A stretch of DNA of 64,000 nucleotides from Candidatus Moraniibacteriota bacterium (GTDB taxonomy: Bacteria; Patescibacteriota; Minisyncoccia; Moranbacterales; UBA1568). A program made the position numbers and the translations under genes. Numbering within the stretch: position 1 is the first letter of the stretch; every line of letters starts with the position of its first letter. Below, piece by piece: positions 46,449-56,513 of the stretch. The notes below the pieces were generated by a model that saw only the letters and a list, made by a program, of their open reading frames with translations, had not been told where the DNA came from and searched no databases. The DNA is taken from the NCBI GenBank assembly GCA_052034935.1, contig JBPOIB010000001.1, positions 236,173 to 300,172 of the forward strand, read 5' to 3'.

Positions 46449-48371
46449 ATGGAAACTGAATCACTCACACCACCATCGACTCACTGCCCTCATTCCCGCA
46501 AGGAACAAGTTTTCCTCTTCGGGATGCTTGCACTCATCCTCGGGACTTTCTTCTCCTTCGGCTGGTTTCATCTCGGTAAGTTCGAGACGACCGATGAACA
46601 TCTCTGGAAGTACGACCGCATCGGCCAATACTGGTCAGCCCTCGCGGAGTGGGACCTGGAAAAAACCTACATCAACGATAAGCCTGGTGTCACGGTCGCG
46701 CTCATCTCAGGTTTCGGTCTTCTCACCGAACCACATCCCGAACAAAACGAACTGCGTCCCGAAAATGATAGCCGCTTCGAAGCATACGATACGAAACAGT
46801 CCGAAATCACCAACGTCCGCTTCCGCCTCCCCGTCCTTATTTTCAGTACGATTGCGCTCATTGCCTTCTTTTTCCTCCTGGGCCATGCTTTCGGCAATTG
46901 GCGGATAGCCCTCCTCGGTACACTCATGATTGCGCTCTCACCGGTCCTCGTTGGTATCGCGCAGATTATTAACCCGGACAGCTTTTTCTGGATCTTCGGT
47001 AGTCTCTCGGCCCTCGCCTATTTCGCTCTGCTCCGGACCGGCCGGTTCTCTTTCGTTATTCTTACCGGCATTCTCACCGGCTTCGCACTCCTTTCCAAGT
47101 ACACCGCCTTCATTCTCTTCGCATTCTATGGTTTAGCACTCGGCTTCTCACTCATCAGTGAGCGGGCTGCAGACACCGATTGGCGCAACCTCGGAACGAA
47201 TCTTGTTCGTCTCGCCCTCATCTTTCTCCTCTCGATTGTTGTTTTCGTTCTCTTTCTCCCGGCTGTCTTCGTTCGGCCGGAGTATCTCTTCAAGGGAATC
47301 TCGCAATTTTTCTCCGGGGACGTAGCGCTTCTTCCAACCCTTTTCTTCGCCGGACTCATCATTGTTGCCGGAACTTTCATCATCCGCCGCTTTCCACTCA
47401 CGCCAATACTGAAGTTTTTCCGAACGAAAGAGCGCTTCATCTCCGGCGTGATTCTCGCTGCTTTTCTCGCACTCTTCTTTCTTTCTCTTCTCAATGTCTG
47501 GACGGGACAGAAACTCGTACCAGTTGATGCACTCCGCGATGCTGCCTATTCCAATGAACCGCAGTCATTCAATTTCCGCCCGCTCATCCCGAAAGGTGCG
47601 CCCGAGCTCGGGAAGAATGCCCGACTCATCTTCGTCGAAAGCTACCCGCTCTTTTTCGCTCTGTCGCCGCTCATCCTCGGACTCATCCTCATGGGCTGTA
47701 TGCAGTTCTTCCGCGGAAAACTCTCATCCGAAACGCGTCTTTTTCTCGTAACTCTTATCGCCTTCACCCTCCTCTATTTCGCCTCGACACTCTTTGCTAA
47801 AGTAGTGACCAATGCCCGCTACCTTATCCTCCTCTATCCACTCTTTGCCACCCTTGCCGCACTCGTCCTTTTTGATCTGCTCCGGGAACGCACCATGAAG
47901 CAACCACTCGCTCTCATAGGGGCTGCCTTTTTCGTCTTCGTAATAGGTAGTCTGACACTCTGGCAAGTCCGACCATTCTATTTTAGCTACACGAACAGTC
48001 TCCTCCCCAACCAGTTCACTGCCCATGATTCGTGGGGTCACGGCGCTTACGAAGCAGCTCAGTACCTGAACAGCTTGCCCAATGCTCAAAACATTATCAT
48101 CTGGTCGAATTCCGATACGGTCTGCCGGTTCTTCGAAGGCAAGTGCCTCCGCTCGCGAAAAATTGATCTTTCCGTCGTAACACCCGACTATTTCGTCCTT
48201 TCCAAACGCGGGGTGATCAAGCTAAATAATCGTTTCATCCTCCTCAATAACCCGGACCCGGAAAAAGACAGCGACTACTACTTTAAGCAACTAGAGAAGG
48301 ATCCTCTCTGGAAGCTCGAAATCAACGGCCGGCCAGAGAACTATCTGAAGATTATCCCATTCGAAAAGTAA
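46449..48371 (+). CDS. GT-C (PMT-like) membrane glycosyltransferase, paralog of the preceding gene
   Basis: TDEHLW, DKPG, IINPDS, LLSK, YEAAQYLNSLP. Confidence 0.8.
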   Translation: METESLTPPSTHCPHSRKEQVFLFGMLALILGTFFSFGWFHLGKFETTDEHLWKYDRIGQYWSALAEWDLEKTYINDKPGVTVALISGFGLLTEPHPEQNELRPENDSRFEAYDTKQSEITNVRFRLPVLIFSTIALIAFFFLLGHAFGNWRIALLGTLMIALSPVLVGIAQIINPDSFFWIFGSLSALAYFALLRTGRFSFVILTGILTGFALLSKYTAFILFAFYGLALGFSLISERAADTDWRNLGTNLVRLALIFLLSIVVFVLFLPAVFVRPEYLFKGISQFFSGDVALLPTLFFAGLIIVAGTFIIRRFPLTPILKFFRTKERFISGVILAAFLALFFLSLLNVWTGQKLVPVDALRDAAYSNEPQSFNFRPLIPKGAPELGKNARLIFVESYPLFFALSPLILGLILMGCMQFFRGKLSSETRLFLVTLIAFTLLYFASTLFAKVVTNARYLILLYPLFATLAALVLFDLLRERTMKQPLALIGAAFFVFVIGSLTLWQVRPFYFSYTNSLLPNQFTAHDSWGHGAYEAAQYLNSLPNAQNIIIWSNSDTVCRFFEGKCLRSRKIDLSVVTPDYFVLSKRGVIKLNNRFILLNNPDPEKDSDYYFKQLEKDPLWKLEINGRPENYLKIIPFEK

Positions 48372-48372
48372 C

Positions 48373-50862
48373 ATGATGTCGAAACTCTCGATGGGTCATA
48401 TTGTAGAGCAGACTCGGAAAAACCGAACGGTCTTAATCCTTGCTGCCATCCTTGTCATCGGCGCCATCTTCAAACTGGCCGACTTTTCTGACCTTGTTCG
48501 CTTCAACGCCGACCAGGTGCGCGACGTACGCATTGTCGAATCCATGGTGAATGAAGGAGAGTTCCCACTCCTCGGCCCGAAAGCCGGTGGCACGACCTTC
48601 AAGCTCGGGCCAGCCTTCTACTATCTCGAATACTTCTCAGCATCCCTCTTCGGTGCAACACCAGAGGGTATCGCGCTCATTTTTCCTCTTCTCAGCATCG
48701 CTTCAGTCGCACTCCTTTTCTTCCTTTTCCGCCGCTTCTTTCCTGTGCCGCTCGCACTTGGGTTGACCCTGCTCTACGCTACTGCGTTCTACTTCACCAA
48801 GTACTCACGCTTCGCCTGGAATCCGAACGCGATTCCGTTCCTCTTTATCGCTTTCCTTATCCTTCTCCTCATTTCGATGGAAACGACCGGAAAACGACTC
48901 CTCATCACTTACGGACTCATCGGACTCACCATGGGTATCGGGATGCAACTCCACACGACACTCCTACTTCTCATGCCGGCTCTTTTCCTCGCGGTGCATA
49001 TCCGGAGTGCCATCGAGAAAAATAACTACCGCTGGCAAGAATTTGCCCTCGCCACCATGCTCGCGCTTTTCTGCCATGTCCCATTCTTCCTTTCGGATCT
49101 CCAGAACGGTGGCGCCAATATCCGGTCATTCTTCGCCGGGATGACCACCAAGACCGAAGAGAACCAATCTCTCGGCAGCAATCTCATCTTGAATGCTCAA
49201 TTTTTTATCCAAGGCACCACGTACGCACTATCTGGAATGGAGCCGAGCAAGGACTGGACTAAGTCAAAAAGTTACGCTTCGTTTCCGAATTTCCGCGAAT
49301 TCCTCCTCGTCATAGGTGGTCTCGGCTTCTTCGTACTTGGAGCCTTCTTCCTGGTCCGTCGGCTTCAGAGCGAACGCAACCAGGAGCGCAAGAATTTCCT
49401 TGAGCTCATGTCCGCGCTCCTCGGATTTTCTTTTCTTCTTTTCCTCCCAATCGCCAACGAGCTCAATCTCCGATTCTTCATCGTCCTTGTGGTATTGCCC
49501 TACCTCTTCCTCGCACTCATTAGTGAAGAGTTCCTTCACCGATGCAAGACACGTCCTCACTTCGCCTACACAGCGGTCACTTTACTCTTCGTTCTCCTTA
49601 TCCTCGCCAATACCCGCATGGTCATCCGGACTTATGATCTCGAAGACTACCAGGTCAAAGACCAAGTCTATGGTGGTCTTTCGCTTGACGAAGGAAAGCG
49701 ACTCGCCACTTTCATTGCCGAAACGGACCAGGCATCAGGAAATAAAAACGGCCGTGTCATCATGTATTCATTCGAGTTCGAACGCTCTCTTGAATACCTT
49801 CTTGAGCCCTATAATCTCCAGATTGACGAAATCGAAGAGGACCAGTCGCGCCTCGCGCTCCGCTACCTCATTACCGAAAATGACAAGACTGAAGCGGCCA
49901 GGAAAAAGCTCGATTGCTGTTACACTGTGCTCCGAGAGAATAAGATTGGCCGCTTCACCATCACCGCTCTCGCGCCGAAAGAGGATCTGGGCGCGTGCAA
50001 AATCGGATTCATCACTGATATCCATGCCACCCGTTCGAAAGAAGCTCCCTTCATCGGTTTCGGCTCCTACGAGCCACTCCTCGCCTTCATGGATACGATG
50101 GAGGAAAAATTCCAGCCTGATATCCTCGTCGAGAACGGCGACTTTATCGACGGTTCGGAGACGAGCAATGCTCGGGCGCTTGAACTCTACCAACGCACGA
50201 AAAGGATCTACGATAGACTCGGCCTCCCCACACTCCATGTCATGGGCAATCATGAGACCAGGAAGGGCGGCATCACCACGGAGCAGTGGCTCACGTTCGC
50301 CGGGCAGGACCGTACCTACTACTCCGAAACCTGCAAGAACACCGAGATCGTCGTGCTTGACGGAAACAATGATGCGCTCCGCGAATCAATGAACGAAGAC
50401 GAGCGTAAAACACTCGAGAGGAACTATTTCATACCGGAAGAACAATTCGCTTGGCTCGAGTCCGCGCTCGCCGCTGCGAAAGACCGCCAGAAAATCGTCT
50501 TCATCCATGAACCGCTCTTTCCTCGCGCCGAAATCACCCAGAATATCAAGCCCGAAAAGGATTTACGGAAAGAGGATAGAGAACGGCTTCAGGCGCTTTT
50601 CAAAGAGCACTCAGTGGCAGCTGTCGTCTCTGGACATGTCGAGTCCCTCTTCCATTCAACTATCGGTGGCACTGGACATTTTATCCTCCCGGGTGTCCGG
50701 AAGAGTGCCAACCTCGCCGTCCAGTGGCTCGGGTCTTTCGCGGAAATCGTCGTCGGAAGCAATGGCGAAGTTGCACTGAATTTTATGTATCGGAAAAACT
50801 GGGAAGAGTCCTACGAATCTGTCTTCATCCCCTCCCGAGCCTACCGGAATCTGGAGAAATAA
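48373..50862 (+). CDS. GT-C glycosyltransferase fused to a C-terminal calcineurin-like metallophosphoesterase
   Basis: N-terminal DQVRD..PLLGPKAGG..RFAWNPN; C-terminal TDIH, GDFIDG, GNHE, HEP, SGHV. Confidence 0.82.
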   Translation: MMSKLSMGHIVEQTRKNRTVLILAAILVIGAIFKLADFSDLVRFNADQVRDVRIVESMVNEGEFPLLGPKAGGTTFKLGPAFYYLEYFSASLFGATPEGIALIFPLLSIASVALLFFLFRRFFPVPLALGLTLLYATAFYFTKYSRFAWNPNAIPFLFIAFLILLLISMETTGKRLLITYGLIGLTMGIGMQLHTTLLLLMPALFLAVHIRSAIEKNNYRWQEFALATMLALFCHVPFFLSDLQNGGANIRSFFAGMTTKTEENQSLGSNLILNAQFFIQGTTYALSGMEPSKDWTKSKSYASFPNFREFLLVIGGLGFFVLGAFFLVRRLQSERNQERKNFLELMSALLGFSFLLFLPIANELNLRFFIVLVVLPYLFLALISEEFLHRCKTRPHFAYTAVTLLFVLLILANTRMVIRTYDLEDYQVKDQVYGGLSLDEGKRLATFIAETDQASGNKNGRVIMYSFEFERSLEYLLEPYNLQIDEIEEDQSRLALRYLITENDKTEAARKKLDCCYTVLRENKIGRFTITALAPKEDLGACKIGFITDIHATRSKEAPFIGFGSYEPLLAFMDTMEEKFQPDILVENGDFIDGSETSNARALELYQRTKRIYDRLGLPTLHVMGNHETRKGGITTEQWLTFAGQDRTYYSETCKNTEIVVLDGNNDALRESMNEDERKTLERNYFIPEEQFAWLESALAAAKDRQKIVFIHEPLFPRAEITQNIKPEKDLRKEDRERLQALFKEHSVAAVVSGHVESLFHSTIGGTGHFILPGVRKSANLAVQWLGSFAEIVVGSNGEVALNFMYRKNWEESYESVFIPSRAYRNLEK

Positions 50863-51796
50863 TTCCTTCGGTTTCCTTCGCTTTGAGATAATGCGGCAGA
50901 GCGAGGAATGAAATGAGCATCTGCAGAAGCCGGGAAAGAAGTGCGGCGGTCACCGCTACTTCCGCTGAAACGCCGACGAGCCCAAAGAAAAAGACATACG
51001 CCCACTCTTTCACGCCGATATTATTGACGGAGATGGGGATATTGGCGACGAGCGTCGCAGAAAAGATTGCGCTGAAAAATACCCAGAACGGGAGATCGGC
51101 GCTGAGCGCCTGGAAAAGTACGTAGTTGCTGAGTCCCACCCCGACCAACATGAAAAAAAGCGACCAGAGAAGTGCTCGGCCGTAGGTTTTCCGGTTCGCG
51201 AATAATTCGAAGCCCTGGAAAACCCCGACCAGCTTCTGTCCAGGGAACAGTGCGGCCAGCGGCTGGAGAGAGCGGTAGAGCTTCTCCGTCCAGAGAAGCG
51301 CCGCGAAGATCATCAGGGCAGCCGAAAGCACGATCGCACCAAGGATAATCAGTACGGGATCGGTCGACAAGACCGCCCACGGGTACGCAAAAAGCCCGAG
51401 ACCCGACAAGAGGAAGAGTCCGAGCAGGCCGGTAATCCGGTCGAAGAAAACGACCGCGAACGCACGAACGCGTTCCCCTGCCTTCGCCATCCAGAAAACC
51501 CGGTAGGTGTCACCGCCGACCGTCGAGGGCAGGAAATTATTGATAAAAGCGCCGGAGAGATAGGCGAAGAATCCATCAGCTACACTGAAGGAGAAACCCT
51601 GAAGCCGGGCAAGATACTGCCATTTCGCCGCCGAAATAATGTTTCCGATAATCTGGATGAGGCAGTAGCTGATCAGGAGCGGCACCGAAGCCTCAGCGAT
51701 GATACCGGCTACCGATGACCAATCGACCGCTTTGATGAGCCAGACGACCAAGGCAATAGTCACGGCAATTTTAAGCGGCAATTTTACATTTTTCAT
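50825..51796 (-). CDS. Lysylphosphatidylglycerol-synthase-TM / UPF0104 flippase-like membrane protein
   Basis: KW, NNFLPSTVGGD.YR, DRITG, PISVNNIGVKE, LSR. Confidence 0.85.
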   Translation of the reverse strand: MKNVKLPLKIAVTIALVVWLIKAVDWSSVAGIIAEASVPLLISYCLIQIIGNIISAAKWQYLARLQGFSFSVADGFFAYLSGAFINNFLPSTVGGDTYRVFWMAKAGERVRAFAVVFFDRITGLLGLFLLSGLGLFAYPWAVLSTDPVLIILGAIVLSAALMIFAALLWTEKLYRSLQPLAALFPGQKLVGVFQGFELFANRKTYGRALLWSLFFMLVGVGLSNYVLFQALSADLPFWVFFSAIFSATLVANIPISVNNIGVKEWAYVFFFGLVGVSAEVAVTAALLSRLLQMLISFLALPHYLKAKETEGIISPDSGRLGRG

Positions 51797-51804
51797 ATCC
51801 TCGT

Positions 51805-52965
51805 TTATTTTGTGGAACACTGTTCGAGGACCGACTGAAAATTCTTTGCTACCTTATTCCAACTCTGTGCTTCAGCCCGCTGCCGACTTTCGCTCCCATA
51901 CTTCATTACAAGCTCTCGGTTCTGTAAAAACATCTCAATCGCTTTCGCGAGCGCTTCAGCGGAACGCTCTGGGATAACTATACCATTCACTCCTTCTCGG
52001 ACGAGCTCAGCCGTTCCGCCGGTCGGCGTAGCAATGATAGGGAGACCACACGCGAGCGCTTCAAGCATCGCATTGCTCATCCCCTCGTTCAGCGATGGGA
52101 GGACAAAAAGCGAAGCCTCCTGGTAGTACGGCGCCGTTTCTTCGCGCGGTATCCGTCCGAGGAAAGTCACTTTTTCCTGCAATCCTTTTTCTCGGACAAG
52201 CGTTTCAAGCGCCGGCCGAGCACTTCCATCCCCCATCACTTTCAGATGAATGTCCGGATACCGGGACGCGAGCATCGCGACGGCTTCGATCAGATAATCA
52301 AGCCCCTTCCGCTCGGTCACCCGAGAAGCCCCAGGCGTGATAATGAATTCGTCCTTCGGGCGCCTGCTTTGATCGGAGGTAAAACGACGGATATCGACGC
52401 CGTTTTCAATGATAGTGAACGACTGTTTTGGTGCTGACTCTTTGGCCAGTGCCTCAAGACCGACGCTATTCGGGACTACTGCCGCCGCAAAGCGCCAGAC
52501 GAGACGGATAACCGGACGAATAAAAGGATAGAGCCATGAATACTTGCGACTATACCCTGGGACATCCGATCCACGAAGGGACACAATATACGGTAGGTGG
52601 AATTCCCATTTGAGAAGCAACGCCAAAAATCCACAGGGTACCCCGAAGAAAGCCAGTGTCGTATCAAAAGGCTTGGACTGCTTCTCTATGAGCTTACGCG
52701 AGAACCACCAAGCCTTGAGACTGTATCTGAGAACATCCCCGATCGACTGATGGTGTAGATTATTCTCGTTCTTCCCAATCGGTAAACGATGAATGAAGAC
52801 ATTGCTGCCGAGCGTCGTTTTGACGAACTCAGAACCCACGCTCGACGTCACGAGATGCACCTCGATAGATTCGTCCCGCGCCCATTCTTCGAGAATACAG
52901 GCTGTAGCATTGGCTGCTCCACCGCCGAGGGGCGGATACTCGTAGTTAAGGAAGAGGACTTTCAT
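51805..52965 (-). CDS. Glycosyltransferase family 4
   Basis: EYPPLGGGA, RGSDVPG, RVTERKG, LPSLNEGMSNAMLEA. Confidence 0.93.
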   Translation of the reverse strand: MKVLFLNYEYPPLGGGAANATACILEEWARDESIEVHLVTSSVGSEFVKTTLGSNVFIHRLPIGKNENNLHHQSIGDVLRYSLKAWWFSRKLIEKQSKPFDTTLAFFGVPCGFLALLLKWEFHLPYIVSLRGSDVPGYSRKYSWLYPFIRPVIRLVWRFAAAVVPNSVGLEALAKESAPKQSFTIIENGVDIRRFTSDQSRRPKDEFIITPGASRVTERKGLDYLIEAVAMLASRYPDIHLKVMGDGSARPALETLVREKGLQEKVTFLGRIPREETAPYYQEASLFVLPSLNEGMSNAMLEALACGLPIIATPTGGTAELVREGVNGIVIPERSAEALAKAIEMFLQNRELVMKYGSESRQRAEAQSWNKVAKNFQSVLEQCSTK

Positions 52966-52984
52966 GCGCTGAAGATTTCAGATT

Positions 52985-54295
52985 CTACACCCCGACCCCG
53001 TAGTACTCGAATCCGGCGGCCTCCGCCTCGGAGCGCTCAAGAACATTGCGCCCATCATAGATGATCACACCTCTCATCTGTTTCTTGATATCTTTATAAT
53101 CTGCTACTCGGAATTCATCCCACTCAGTACAGATAACGAGCGCGTCCACGCCCTTGAGCGCTTCCAGAGCTTTTTTGGTATATGTGAGCCGCTTGTCAGT
53201 CATTACCTTCGCGGCTGTTTCCATCGCGACCGGATCAAAAGCCCGGACCTTTGCCCCTGCCTCGAGCAGCGCGCGGATATTCATGAGTGCGGCCGCCTCG
53301 CGGACATCGTCCGTTCGTGGCTTAAATGCGAGCCCCCAGACGGCAACGGTTTTGTCCTTCATCTTTTCGCCCCAGAGCTCGCGCAGCTTTGCAAAGGGCC
53401 GGAGACGTTGGCTCGTATTCACCTCATCCACCATCTCGAGTAGTTGGAAATGCGACTGATATTCATGTCCGGTCTTGATGAATGCTTTCACATCTTTTGG
53501 GAAGCATGAGCCACCATAGCCGATTCCCGCATAGAGAAAACGTGAGCCGATCCGATTATCATAGCCGAGCCCCTTGGCCACTTCTTTTACGTTGCCGCCG
53601 GCCGCCTCGCAGAAATTCGCCACCTCATTGATGAAAGTAATCTTGGTCGCGAGGAACGCATTCGCTGCGTACTTAATGATTTCTGCACTCCGGACATCGG
53701 TCAGCATGAGCGGCCGACCGCTCCGGACGATCGGACGATACACCTGTTCCATAATCTTCTTCGCCTTGACTGATGCGGCTCCGACGACAACTCGGTCCGG
53801 ATTGAGGAAATCCTTCACTGCCGCTCCCTCGCGGAGAAATTCCGGATTGGAGACGACTTCGAACGGATGCTTGCCTTTGGACGCTTCTTTGATAACCCGA
53901 GTGACTTTCTCCGCCGTCCCGACTGGTACGGTCGACTTATCGACGAAGATCTTGTAGCTATTCAAATGTTTACCAAAGGCTTCCGCCGCCGAGAAAACAT
54001 ACTTCAGATTCGCCTCGCCCGTCACCGGGTCCTCTGGAGTACCGACCGCCATAAATACAACCTCCGATTCTTGGATCGCCTCCTTCAGGTCAGTCGTAAA
54101 CGAGAGCCGGCCCTCCTTTACATTTCGCTCGACAACCTCCTCGAGGCCAATTTCGTAGATTGGGATGATCCCTTTCTTCAGCTTGGCAATCTTTTCTTTG
54201 TCGACATCGGCGCAAATCACCTCATGCCCGATTTCCGCCATGCACGCCCCCGACACTAGACCGACATACCCCGTCCCCAGAAAGGAAAGTTTCAT
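52985..54295 (-). CDS. ugd: UDP-glucose 6-dehydrogenase
   Basis: GTGYVGL, KSTVPVGT, SNPEFLREG, KYAANAFLA, GYGGSCFPKD, FKPRTDDVRE. Confidence 0.93.
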   Translation of the reverse strand: MKLSFLGTGYVGLVSGACMAEIGHEVICADVDKEKIAKLKKGIIPIYEIGLEEVVERNVKEGRLSFTTDLKEAIQESEVVFMAVGTPEDPVTGEANLKYVFSAAEAFGKHLNSYKIFVDKSTVPVGTAEKVTRVIKEASKGKHPFEVVSNPEFLREGAAVKDFLNPDRVVVGAASVKAKKIMEQVYRPIVRSGRPLMLTDVRSAEIIKYAANAFLATKITFINEVANFCEAAGGNVKEVAKGLGYDNRIGSRFLYAGIGYGGSCFPKDVKAFIKTGHEYQSHFQLLEMVDEVNTSQRLRPFAKLRELWGEKMKDKTVAVWGLAFKPRTDDVREAAALMNIRALLEAGAKVRAFDPVAMETAAKVMTDKRLTYTKKALEALKGVDALVICTEWDEFRVADYKDIKKQMRGVIIYDGRNVLERSEAEAAGFEYYGVGV

Positions 54296-54364
54296 ACACA
54301 AATCAATTATCAGTAATCAAATCCGCTGGCACGATAAAAACCTTCGCAGTCAAGAAATCCCGTC

Positions 54365-55309
54365 TTAAGGATTCGTGACGACTTCGCGCACATTGTAGTT
54401 CATCCGATGGCGCGCCTGGTAATAGCTCCGCACCGAGATATCCGCCAAAAGGCCGGAGACAAAGAGTTGAATCCCAATGAGAGCGAAGAAGACGCCAATG
54501 AGCGGCCAGAGACGCTCCGAGAGCGAAGCGCCAAAAACGAGCTTCTCCACGAGCATCCAAGCGAGGATGACACCGCCGAGAGAAAAAAGGAATACGCCGA
54601 CACCACCGAAAAGATGGAGCGGACGATGGGAGTACTTGCGCCAGAACCAAATGGAGAGCATATCAACGAACCCTTTCATCCCGCGCTTCCAATTGTATTT
54701 GGTCACGCCATGGACGCGTGGGTGATGGCTCACCTTCACTTCCGCCACCCTGAATCCTTCGAGCTCGAGGATTGCCGGGATAAAACGATGCATTTCGCCA
54801 AAGAGATCGATATCTTTGAAGCACTCGCGACGATACGCCTTCAGGCTGCAGCCGGAATCATGGATATTGTCATGAATGAGGACCTTGCGGAGTAGGTTGG
54901 CAATGCGCGATGGAATCTTCTTACTCCATGGATCCTGGCGTTTGTAGCGCCAGCCGGACACGACATCATAACCCTCATTTATTTTCCCAATGAGAAGCGG
55001 GATATCGTCCGGATCATTCTGAAGATCGCCATCAAGGGTTACAATGATATCATTCGTTGCTGCCTTGATACCTGCATCGAACGCCGCCGTCTGACCGAAG
55101 TTCTTCCGGAAGACGATGAGTTTCACTGGCGTGCACTGCTTGGCCTCAACAAGCGTCTTATCCCGCGAACCATCATCGACGAAGATGATTTCATAGGGAT
55201 TGCCCATCTTTTGGAGCGCCGCCTTAATCCGTCGGTGAAGCTCAAGCACATTCCCCTCTTCGTTATAGAGCGGAACGACCACTGAAAGCGAACATTTTAC
55301 TGTTTCCAT
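54365..55309 (-). CDS. GT2 undecaprenyl-phosphate glycosyltransferase (ArnC-like)
   Basis: VPLYNEE, VDDGSRD, NFGQTAA, DGDLQNDP, GEMHRFIP, two C-terminal TMs. Confidence 0.92.
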   Translation of the reverse strand: METVKCSLSVVVPLYNEEGNVLELHRRIKAALQKMGNPYEIIFVDDGSRDKTLVEAKQCTPVKLIVFRKNFGQTAAFDAGIKAATNDIIVTLDGDLQNDPDDIPLLIGKINEGYDVVSGWRYKRQDPWSKKIPSRIANLLRKVLIHDNIHDSGCSLKAYRRECFKDIDLFGEMHRFIPAILELEGFRVAEVKVSHHPRVHGVTKYNWKRGMKGFVDMLSIWFWRKYSHRPLHLFGGVGVFLFSLGGVILAWMLVEKLVFGASLSERLWPLIGVFFALIGIQLFVSGLLADISVRSYYQARHRMNYNVREVVTNP

Positions 55310-55435
55310 GGTGTCATTTTACCGGATAGCGGTATGAAAGGCAAAGCCAGATCGAATAATTCCAAACCCCGATACTCGGATTTTTTACCTTGACAAAGAA
55401 TGTTATTACATGTAGTATATGACTTAATAAAACCT

Positions 55436-56371
55436 ATGCGTGTACTCATTACAGGTGGAGCCGGCTTTATCGGCTCTCATGTGGCGGATGTGCTCATTGA
55501 ACGTGGTCATCGCGTGACCATTCTTGATGATCTCTCGAGCGGATCGCCGAGCAACGTCAATCGTCGGGCCAAGTTCTACAAATTCGATATCGGCAACCGG
55601 AAACGGCTCGAAAAACTCTTTGAGAAGGTAGAGCCCGAAGCGGTTTTCCACTTCGCTGCCCAAATCAATGTCCGAGCCTCGGTCGAGAATCCGCTCGCCG
55701 ACGCGACGACGAATATCCTCGGGACCATCTCGCTCATCGAGCTCGCGGCCAAGCATCAGGTGAAGAAATTTGTCTTTTCCTCGACCGGCGGGGCAATGTT
55801 CGACGACCTCACGCCGCGGCCCACACCCGAATCAATTCCAGCCGCGCCGCTTTCGCCCTACGGTATCGCCAAGCTCTCCGTCGAACACTATCTGCGCTTT
55901 TTCCATACTGTACACGGACTCCCGTATATCGTGCTGCGCTATGCGAATGTCTATGGTCCGCGCCAGAACGCCCATGGTGAGGCTGGCGTCGTCGCGATCT
56001 TCCTCAACCGCATGCTGGAGCAAGTCGCGCCGGTCATCAATGGTGATGGCACGCAGACTCGTGATTACGTCTATGTCGGCGATGTTGCCGAAGCGAACGT
56101 GAAGGCGCTCGACTCCGAGCTGACGGAAGGTACTTTCCATATTGGTACTGGTGTTGAAACAAGTGTGAACGACATTTTCCGCATGCTCAACTGGCAATTT
56201 GGCAAGGTCTTTGAAGAAAGCCACGGCCCAGCGAAAGCGGGTGAAACCATGGCAAGTGCGCTCAATGCCCGGCTCGCCAAGGAGAAACTCGGCTGGGAGC
56301 CCAAAGTTGCCCTCGCCGAAGGCTTGGTCGCTACGGCTACCTGGTTCAAGGCTCGCTCCCGAGAAGCCTAA
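55436..56371 (+). CDS. NAD-dependent epimerase/dehydratase (UDP-glucose 4-epimerase-like)
   Basis: TGGAGFIGSH, SSTGGA, YGIAK, RYANVYGPRQ, TRDYVYV. Confidence 0.93.
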   Translation: MRVLITGGAGFIGSHVADVLIERGHRVTILDDLSSGSPSNVNRRAKFYKFDIGNRKRLEKLFEKVEPEAVFHFAAQINVRASVENPLADATTNILGTISLIELAAKHQVKKFVFSSTGGAMFDDLTPRPTPESIPAAPLSPYGIAKLSVEHYLRFFHTVHGLPYIVLRYANVYGPRQNAHGEAGVVAIFLNRMLEQVAPVINGDGTQTRDYVYVGDVAEANVKALDSELTEGTFHIGTGVETSVNDIFRMLNWQFGKVFEESHGPAKAGETMASALNARLAKEKLGWEPKVALAEGLVATATWFKARSREA

Positions 56372-56395
56372 AACCTATCTGGACCGGGATGAAAG

Positions 56396-56430
56396 AGCAT
56401 GCCATACTGTTGGCATGTTTTGCTTTTCTT
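56396..56430 (+). terminator. Probable terminator after the epimerase gene
   Basis: AGCATGCCA/TGGCATGTT stem followed by TTGCTTTTCTT. Confidence 0.55.
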
Positions 56431-56513
56431 AAGCCTTTTCACCAACCTGTTTCCGATCAAGCAAAATACTGGATCGCTCAATATGCCCAAAGCTCGCCTG
56501 AATATTCGACCGA

